Source of the DNA: Bathycoccus prasinos
Lineage: Eukaryota
Strand: one strand, 5' to 3'
Assembly (NCBI GenBank): GCA_002220235.1
Contig: FO082266.1
Length of the DNA: 32,000 nucleotides
In this document: positions 15,453 through 22,139 of the stretch, one piece after another
Numbering within the stretch: position 1 is the first letter of the stretch
How the letters are laid out: each line of letters opens with the position of its first letter
The notes under the pieces: generated by a model
Database searches by the model: none
The model's input: the letters and a program-made list of their open reading frames with translations, nothing else
What the model was told of the DNA's origin: nothing
Translations under genes and position numbers: made by a program

Positions 15453-17384
15453 TTATAACTTGTGCAACTCTAATCGCGCGGATTCCGCGAAGTTTTCACC
15501 GGAAGAAGAACTTATTTTACAGAACGTTCCGGCGTTCACGCCTCGGCAAACTTTCCCCGGGTTGACAAACATCGTCTTGTTTCCGCTCAACGCGTTTTTC
15601 CATCCGCCGGCGGCTAAATCCGAAGTCAAAACGATTAAATCCGGAACGCGTTCGTCCATGCCCACTCTCAGCGGTACCGTCGCGTCGTGCGATTCAAACT
15701 TTGCATCTGGGTGCGGCGGAAATAACGGGTACATGGACATTTGACCAACCATGTGCGAACACAAACGCGTCATGCGATCGGTTTGTTGTTGTTCAGTACT
15801 CGTTTTACCTTTCCCGCCGCGTTCGAAACCGGACAAGTGCTTCAAAATGTCGCACGTGGACACCGCCACGCGAATACCGTTGACTTCAAACGCCGACGGG
15901 TTCGCTACAAAGTGAACGTTCTTGCATTTCGACGTTTCAAAAAACGGCGGTTGCGGAAACGCGCAGTATCTATGAAAGGCGTCCTTGACGCTTGGCACTA
16001 AAACGACGTGTTTGTTCGGGTATTGCTTTGCAAACGCTTCAACCTTCTTCATCACGATCTGCTCAAACGCTTGCTTATACGTGATGTTGCTCGTCAACGC
16101 GTGATTGATATTCTCGTCGGAGACAAACGGACCCATGAGAAGAACGATGGATGGATTTTTTGACGACGCTTCGTGCAAGACGTCGTCTAAAGGTTCGTAC
16201 ATCAAGTCGTCGTTGGCAGTGAACGGACCAGAGAAGAGTAACATTTCAGTTTTTTGAATTTGTTGGTGTTGTTCTTGTTTTATTTGTTTGAAATAATAGC
16301 AATCAATCTCCTTCGCGACGAAGCAGTACCCGGTTGGATTCGCGCCGACGCACTTGACAATCTGTCCAGGAAACAAAGAGTACTCGTTTTCGACGGAGCG
16401 TAACTCCAACTTCACGCGCGAACCGTCCGAGGATTCGAGTTGTAATTCTTGCCTGTCCGAGGAGTCGCAGCATACGCGACCTATTATTTGTCCTTTTTGT
16501 TCTTCTTCTTCTTCTTGCTCTTCTTCTTCTTTTAATTCTTTAAACTTGTTCTTCAATAAAGCCACTTTATCTTCGATGCGGTCTCTCATGAATAATGTTG
16601 AATGAGGAGAAGAAGAAGAAGTTTGAATTTTCAAAGTAATCTCTTTTTCTGCGTTTGACGACGACGATGACTTAAAAGAAGAACCTTCGAATATCGTCTT
16701 CACCAATTCAGACGATGATGTTTTCTTTTTCGCTTTGCGATACGACCCGGGCGTTTTCATTTCCACAGAAAACGCCGACGGTAAGTTCATACTGTTGTTG
16801 TTCTCCGTCGTCTCCTTGAACGGCGTCTTAAGAAGAGGTTCTTCTTCCGCCGCCGAAACTTCTTTTACTTCCATCTTCCCGTCGACGTCTTCGTCGTGCA
16901 TCTCCAAGTGTTCCCCCATCGTCATCAATCTCGCTTTCTTTTGCGCCTGCTTTTCGAATTTGCTCAGCTTTTTCTTCTTTTGATTCTTTGATTTCGAACC
17001 GACGACGCCTGCGCGCGTAATCTCATCCTTTTGCACCAAAATCACATCCTTCAAAATATACTCTCGAAAGCTTTCGATGTTCTCCGCGTTCGGTATCGAT
17101 TTCACGTCGTCTTTGATGTTCGCGTTGTTCGACGCGAACGCTTCCCACGCGATGACAAATTTCGACGGATTTGTTGAAGTATCATCGTCCTCCTTATCAG
17201 AAGAAGCGAGTCGTCGGTAGAGAGAAAGGAGTTCTTCTCGTATCGCGCCGTTCACGTTTGAAAGATTGGGAAATCCATCCTCCCGAAAGGCGGAGACGAT
17301 GTCGTTCCATAGTTTCGTTGAATCTTTTTCATTCTTTTCATCATCAGGAGGAGGAGATACTAAAGCGTTTGAACTCATCGTCAT
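15453..17384 (-). CDS. POLA2: DNA polymerase alpha-primase complex subunit B (p70, POLA2)
   Basis: The C-terminal calcineurin-like/OB region matches Pol alpha subunit B: LLFSGPFT..DDLMYEPLDD, VVLVPSVKDAFHRYCAFPQPPF, NPSAFEVNGIRVAVSTCDILKHL, LIVLTSDL. The N-terminal domain is followed by an acidic/Lys linker. The track start at 17387 is GTG, and the first ATG is at 17384. Confidence 0.85.
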   Translation of the reverse strand: MTMSSNALVSPPPDDEKNEKDSTKLWNDIVSAFREDGFPNLSNVNGAIREELLSLYRRLASSDKEDDDTSTNPSKFVIAWEAFASNNANIKDDVKSIPNAENIESFREYILKDVILVQKDEITRAGVVGSKSKNQKKKKLSKFEKQAQKKARLMTMGEHLEMHDEDVDGKMEVKEVSAAEEEPLLKTPFKETTENNNSMNLPSAFSVEMKTPGSYRKAKKKTSSSELVKTIFEGSSFKSSSSSNAEKEITLKIQTSSSSPHSTLFMRDRIEDKVALLKNKFKELKEEEEQEEEEEQKGQIIGRVCCDSSDRQELQLESSDGSRVKLELRSVENEYSLFPGQIVKCVGANPTGYCFVAKEIDCYYFKQIKQEQHQQIQKTEMLLFSGPFTANDDLMYEPLDDVLHEASSKNPSIVLLMGPFVSDENINHALTSNITYKQAFEQIVMKKVEAFAKQYPNKHVVLVPSVKDAFHRYCAFPQPPFFETSKCKNVHFVANPSAFEVNGIRVAVSTCDILKHLSGFERGGKGKTSTEQQQTDRMTRLCSHMVGQMSMYPLFPPHPDAKFESHDATVPLRVGMDERVPDLIVLTSDLAAGGWKNALSGNKTMFVNPGKVCRGVNAGTFCKISSSSGENFAESARLELHKL

Positions 17385-17443
17385 CACGGATCGTCTTTAT
17401 TATTACGTTTCTTAAAAGTTGCGCGTTTATGCGGACACTACCG

Positions 17444-17459
17444 AGCGCGACTGCGCGAC
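17444..17459. promoter_or_regulatory. Tandem GCGCGACT x2 in the POLA2 5' region, with an E2F-core-like CGCGC
   Basis: gcgcgactgcgcgact is read directly, 60-75 bp upstream of the POLA2 ATG. A nearby TTGCGCGTTTA lies at 17418-17428. Confidence 0.3.
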
Positions 17460-17604
17460 TCTTCAAAGCGATGAAAAACGAACGAAAATTTTCAAAATTC
17501 AAAAACGAAAAAAGACCCTAAACAAATAAACTGTATAAGTCTTAATACCGAGAAAAAAGCGTAACACACGCGAGGAAACTCGCGTCGTACCATTTCCGAA
17601 TGGG

Positions 17605-17692
17605 TTCGCTGTGGTGTAGGTGGTTATCATGTCCGGCTTTCAAGTGAAAGTAATGACCCCGGTCGACCAGGGTTCGAGTCCCTGCGGCGAAA
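17605..17692 (+). tRNA. trnE-UUC: Nuclear tRNA-Glu(UUC) with a 15-nt intron at the canonical 37/38 position (intron 17643-17657)
   Basis: Hand-folded cloverleaf. Acceptor TTCGCTG/CGGCGAA (U1-A72, as in eukaryotic tRNA-Glu); D arm GTGT-AGGTGGTTA-TCAT; anticodon stem TCCGG/CCGGT; loop CTTTCA[AGTGAAAGTAATGAC]C; 4-nt variable loop CGAC; T arm CAGGG-TTCGAGT-CCCTG; discriminator A. The intron contains GAAAG, complementary to the anticodon-loop CUUUC. A T8 run follows. Confidence 0.8.
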
Positions 17693-17701
17693 CGTCGTCT
17701 C

Positions 17702-17709
17702 TTTTTTTT
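17702..17709 (+). terminator. T8 run (Pol III terminator) 10 nt downstream of tRNA-Glu
   Basis: cttttttttg is read directly. Confidence 0.7.
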
Positions 17710-17916
17710 GCGCATCGCACGCGTCAACGCGTGAGAGCGCGCTTTTGTGTCGTGTTCGCGTCGTGCGAGTAATGATACATGGCGGAAAAACTTTTTTTTT
17801 TTGCTCCTTTTTGACAAGACACGAGAACAACCAAACCGAATGTGTACAATACCTCCTCGACACTAAATGTCCATTACCATCGGGTTGGCGATGCGAACAC
17901 GGGGAGTTACACGTGC

Positions 17917-17957
17917 CAGAATCAGAAACAGAATCAGAAACAGAATACGAATCAGAG
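17917..17957. repeat. Tandem 12-bp repeat (CAGAATCAGAAA x2, plus a degenerate third copy)
   Basis: Read directly. It encodes ESETESETEYESE in the speculative 62-aa ORF at 17772-17960. Confidence 0.9.
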
Positions 17958-18104
17958 TAATCATTTGTACGCGGATGGATTTTTGTTTTATTACAACAAC
18001 AAAGAGAGACAAGACAACAAACAAAAGCTTGACGTATAAAATCTACTACGAGTAGAAATAAAGGTAATTGTAAATAAATACGCCGCATCACATACACTCA
18101 ACAA

Positions 18105-18326
18105 TCACCCCCCTCCGATGCACTCCGCAGGCATTGCCACTTTCGGATGTTTGCTCTCGAAATGTTCCTTCATCTGCTTCGCGTTCTTCATCAACGCCAT
18201 GCACACGTGACACTTCAAAACTAAAGACTCGTTCGATTTCCCGAGCGAAGATTTCGCGCTCGTTTTCTCCGCCTGTTTCTTCGCGTTCTTTTCCTGAGCT
18301 TTCGCTTTCGCGTTGCCTCTCACCAT
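18105..18326 (-). CDS. ZNF706: ZNF706-like small zinc-finger protein (4F5/SERF-type N-terminus plus a C2H2-like zf-met2 domain)
   Basis: Reads MVRGNAKAKAQEKNAKKQ...LKCHVCMALMKNAKQMKEHFESKHPKVAMP. It aligns closely with human ZNF706 (MARGQQKIQSQQKNAKKQ...CTVCRTQMPDPKTFKQHFESKHPKTPLP, from memory). The start is a true ATG. Confidence 0.85.
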   Translation of the reverse strand: MVRGNAKAKAQEKNAKKQAEKTSAKSSLGKSNESLVLKCHVCMALMKNAKQMKEHFESKHPKVAMPAECIGGG

Positions 18327-18440
18327 TTTCTATATGTTATTCGTATCGTGTCACGTGAAAACGTTTCGTTTCGGTCTGAATGTATCACATATATGAATAC
18401 ACAAACAAACAAACAAACGTGTGCTGAAAAGTGCAGATTT

Positions 18441-18453
18441 TTTCCCGCCAAAA
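18441..18453. promoter_or_regulatory. Canonical E2F-binding site TTTCCCGCCAAAA, 45 bp upstream of the WAPL-like ATG
   Basis: An exact match to the E2F consensus TTTSSCGS, with the CCAAAA extension typical of plant S-phase promoters. It lies in the 171-bp divergent spacer between ZNF706 and WAPL. Confidence 0.55.
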
Positions 18454-18497
18454 TTGTTCTCCATTGTAATGGAGCACAAAAGAGTTGTGTTTATTAA

Positions 18498-21400
18498 ATG
18501 AATAACAACAACACCAAAAACAAAAGGTTCGCTCGGAAACCGAGACGAACGAGTGCTGCTGCGACTGCGACTGCTGCGCCTGTTTCCTCTGAAGGTGGTG
18601 TCGTTCTCGAAGAAGAGAAGGAGGAGAAGAATGATGTTGACGACGATGATGAAATCATCATCATCGAAGAATCTTTAAAGAATAATAATAAGAAGAAGCA
18701 TTCAAAGACACCGTCAAAAACGACAACGACAACATCAACGAAAAGGAAGAAGAACGATACTACCGATAATAAGAAAAGCAGTGATAAAAATGATCCGTAT
18801 TCGTTCGAAAACGCGAAAGAGTTGTTCGGAAAAGTGGACGAGGAAATTTTGGTCGAGGATGATGATGATGAAGAAGAAGAAGACGTGGATGCGCAAGCGG
18901 AGAAGTATTTCGTGGCGAATAGAGTCGCGCTGTTCGGGAAAGCGCTGATGATACAAAAGAGTAACATTAATAAGAAGAGTAAAGAAGAAGAAGTAAAAGA
19001 AGTAAAAGAAGTAAAAGAAGAAGAAGACTCCATAAAAGAACCGACGACGAAACTCGTCAACAACAAAAACCGCCGAGTATCGTTCGCGATGGACCAAGAA
19101 GAAGTTAAAGAAGAAGAAGTTAAAGAAGAAGAAGTAAAAGAAGTAAATAAAGAAGAAGATAAAAATGAAGTCTTATTCGACGATGCGTTAGCGACGGAGA
19201 TTAAACTCACTCCAGAGAAACCGATTCAATTCAAGAGGCAGAAAACGCCCTCGCCGGTGAAGCAAATTATTATTACCAAAGCGGTGCAATCGAGCGACCC
19301 ACAAACGCATTTGCAGGTGTTGGAAAAGTACGGCGGCGGTAACGGAATCAACAACATAATAAAAAACAACTTTCAAGAGGAAGAGCACAGAACGTTAGCG
19401 TCGACGTTATGGCTTTTGAAAAATATCGCCTCAAACACGCAATACAGACGAAGGCTTTCGCGAGAACGACCGCACTTTGCGACGTCCATGTTTACGGCGG
19501 CTTTGAAAATAGCCGGAAAATCCGCCACGGACGCCAAGTTACGATTAGCCGCCATCGCTTTGGCGTATCTCTTTTCTTTGGAAATCAAAACGTTTTCGAG
19601 AGTGTTGGACTCGATGGATATCGCGTTGGGCGTCGCCGCGTGCGTAGACGAGGCAAACTTTTTTACAGAAGAAGAAGAAGAAAAGAAAGAAGAAATAATG
19701 GTAGTAATAGAAGACGACACCAACGATATCGATGGTGATGTCGAGAAAGCAGTGGAAACGTCGTTGAGCGCTTTAAAATTTCTCCCAAGCGAAAAGAGCG
19801 CGTGCACAAAAAACATAGCTTTATTATTAGCGTTCAGGGCGTTGCAATGGGGAAGCGAAGAGGAAGAAGAAAAAGAACGAAGAGAAGGTGGTAAACAACC
19901 ACCAACGACCACCACCAACAACGACACGACATCTCGCGCGTTACGGACGCGCCTTTCTAGATCCGGGTTCATAACTTCTGTCGCGAAACTCGCCAACGAA
20001 AGTTGCAAAGACTTGGTTCAAAGCTTGCATTCGAGCAAAATAAAGAGTAAAAAAGGTGAAGATAAAGAAGAAGGAGAAGAGATGAAAGTAAAGGCGAGAA
20101 AAGCGTGCGCGAGATTGTTTCGATGCGCTCGAGTCATCGAGGCGGCGACGTATACGAGCCCAGAGACGGTGACGACGCTAGCGTCTTCAAATTTACCGGT
20201 TTGGGAATCTTTCTCTTCTTCTTCTTCTTTCATCAGCGATGAAGATAAAAGTAAAGATGTTGAAGACGACGCGTTCGGAGAGCCTTCTCCAACGATCAAC
20301 AACGCCTCCTCGTCCACTTCTTCTTTTTCTGTGCTGAAACTCGCTGATGTTTCTTTGCTCGCGATAGAAGAAGAAGAAGAAGAAGAAGAGGTTGATGTTG
20401 ACGATGGTAGAAAAATGGTCACCGCTACTGCGACGAATCCAACAACAACAACAGCAGCAATTTCGACGCCGCCGAGACCTATCCCAGGAAGTAACAGATT
20501 CGAAGATAACGACGACGACAACAACACGAACAACAATAGTTTCCTTCAGATTGGTTCTCCGGCGACGGTTGGCGCGTCGCCGGTTTTCGGTCAAATGGCG
20601 AAATCTCCCGGAGCAGCCTTGGATTCTTGGCTCGCAAAGTCTCCCAAAGACGGAGACGTGGACATGTCTCCGAAACCAAGAGGAAGAGGAGGAGGAGAAA
20701 AAGGTATAAAAAACAACCACAACGATAACAACATCAACAACAACAGCAAAAAGAACAACTGGTCTTTAGCGAGGTGTTTGATCGAAACGCTCCCCGCGCT
20801 GACGCTTTTAACCAGTCGATCGATGCGTCCACGAGCAAAGGCTTTACACGGCATTCAAACCTCCGAGTATTTAAACCCAAATATCGACGCGCGACTATCC
20901 TTGGCTACGTTAAAAGCGTGCGTGTTCGCACTGACAAACTCGACGAACGAAAACACGGTCGGAGCAAAAGCGGCGGCTTCGCGAGACGGATTACACGGCA
21001 TCATCGCCGCAGTCGCGTACTTTTCAGCCATGCGCGGGTGCGCTTTATACGGTGAATTTGCCGGATTCGTTCCTAAAAAGGACAACATGGAAGGTACCGT
21101 TCCAGACGCGTATAAAGAAGCCGCGACAGAGTTGCTTCACGCGTGCATGTGTTTGTTGGTGAACATCACGGAGGCGAACCCTCGAGTGAAGCAAGAACTG
21201 TTACAACTCCAACTCGATTGCTCGCCGTTCGGTACCGGAAAAGCCGAAGACTTTAAGAAGAAGAAGAAGAAGAAGAAGACGAGTAACAACGGAAAGAAGG
21301 TTTTGGACGACGACGACGAGAAATCGGCATCGCCGCTCGTCCCGTTTCCAACTGTCCTCGCGCGCATTTTCACGCACGCCGGCGGCGCCAAGATGCACCG

Positions 21401-21860
21401 GGTAGAAGACGACGACGACGAGGATGATGGAGATGATGATGATCAAAACCAAGACGACGACGGCGACGACGAAGACGACGAAGTCACCGTGGAAATGCTC
21501 GACGACGACGACGACGCCACCGCGAACGCCGCCGTCGACCCGTCCTACGGCGAAGACCTCATCACTCAAGCGTACTCCTCGCTCCTCCTCGCCTTCCTGG
21601 TCGAAAACGACCGAGAGGCGTTGCGTCGAACCGCCGACCAAGCCTTACCAAAAGGAGGAGGGAAAAGAAAGAGAAACGGAAACACTCGCGTCGGCGGCGC
21701 AAACGGCGAAAGCGTTGGTGGTACAAAAAACGGCGTCCAAGCGATGGTGGATACGTTGGAAAGGTTCCACGCTTTTCACGATACGCTGGACGCCATGTCC
21801 GCGAGCAGTTCCGAGAGCTTAAAACGCGTCGTCGAGTGGTTAAAGTCCACCCTCGTTTGA
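18498..21860 (+). CDS. WAPL: WAPL (wings apart-like) cohesin-release factor homolog, with large low-complexity expansions
   Basis: A 1120-aa ORF with a true ATG. The C-terminal half shows WAPL-domain-like blocks: LWLLKNIASNTQYRRRL, CMCLLVNITEANPRVKQELL (compare LINLTNDNE), ITQAYSSLLLAFLVENDREALRRTADQALPKG, and a terminal MVDTLERFHAFHDTLDAMSASSSESLKRVVEWLKS. The last block compares with human ...MLKKFLSFMNLT....KSISRVIEYLE. All comparisons are from memory and need an HMM check. Confidence 0.55.
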   Translation: MNNNNTKNKRFARKPRRTSAAATATAAPVSSEGGVVLEEEKEEKNDVDDDDEIIIIEESLKNNNKKKHSKTPSKTTTTTSTKRKKNDTTDNKKSSDKNDPYSFENAKELFGKVDEEILVEDDDDEEEEDVDAQAEKYFVANRVALFGKALMIQKSNINKKSKEEEVKEVKEVKEEEDSIKEPTTKLVNNKNRRVSFAMDQEEVKEEEVKEEEVKEVNKEEDKNEVLFDDALATEIKLTPEKPIQFKRQKTPSPVKQIIITKAVQSSDPQTHLQVLEKYGGGNGINNIIKNNFQEEEHRTLASTLWLLKNIASNTQYRRRLSRERPHFATSMFTAALKIAGKSATDAKLRLAAIALAYLFSLEIKTFSRVLDSMDIALGVAACVDEANFFTEEEEEKKEEIMVVIEDDTNDIDGDVEKAVETSLSALKFLPSEKSACTKNIALLLAFRALQWGSEEEEEKERREGGKQPPTTTTNNDTTSRALRTRLSRSGFITSVAKLANESCKDLVQSLHSSKIKSKKGEDKEEGEEMKVKARKACARLFRCARVIEAATYTSPETVTTLASSNLPVWESFSSSSSFISDEDKSKDVEDDAFGEPSPTINNASSSTSSFSVLKLADVSLLAIEEEEEEEEVDVDDGRKMVTATATNPTTTTAAISTPPRPIPGSNRFEDNDDDNNTNNNSFLQIGSPATVGASPVFGQMAKSPGAALDSWLAKSPKDGDVDMSPKPRGRGGGEKGIKNNHNDNNINNNSKKNNWSLARCLIETLPALTLLTSRSMRPRAKALHGIQTSEYLNPNIDARLSLATLKACVFALTNSTNENTVGAKAAASRDGLHGIIAAVAYFSAMRGCALYGEFAGFVPKKDNMEGTVPDAYKEAATELLHACMCLLVNITEANPRVKQELLQLQLDCSPFGTGKAEDFKKKKKKKKTSNNGKKVLDDDDEKSASPLVPFPTVLARIFTHAGGAKMHRVEDDDDEDDGDDDDQNQDDDGDDEDDEVTVEMLDDDDDATANAAVDPSYGEDLITQAYSSLLLAFLVENDREALRRTADQALPKGGGKRKRNGNTRVGGANGESVGGTKNGVQAMVDTLERFHAFHDTLDAMSASSSESLKRVVEWLKSTLV

Positions 21861-21898
21861 GAATGCGTGCGTATTCTGAACGAATCGCATCAGCTCGA

Positions 21899-21914
21899 GA
21901 TAGATAGATAGATA
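21899..21914. repeat. (GATA)4 microsatellite in the WAPL/DGD1 spacer
   Basis: Read directly. Confidence 0.9.
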
Positions 21915-22139
21915 GAGAAAGAGTTTTTAGAATACATACTACGCGCGGCGCGTGCGCAACGCAACTTAAATACAGCGCAAATTTGCACCTCTCCTTTTCG
22001 TATCTTTTTTGCTTTTTTGCTCCAAAAAGGATAGACATTTCACTCCACTCTTTCGTTGGATATTCTCAATTGACGTAATCAATTGCCTTTGAAACATCAT
22101 GCGCGAACAGTAAGAAAACTCTCACACATAAACGCTTCG

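Noticed and set aside
17719-17732. Two MluI-type cell-cycle boxes (ACGCGTCAACGCGT), about 335 bp upstream of POLA2.
   Set aside because: ACGCGT is very frequent in this CpG-rich window, with at least ten other copies, mostly in coding sequence. The pair also lies on the far side of the tRNA-Glu gene from POLA2. Chance or an unrelated function is more likely.
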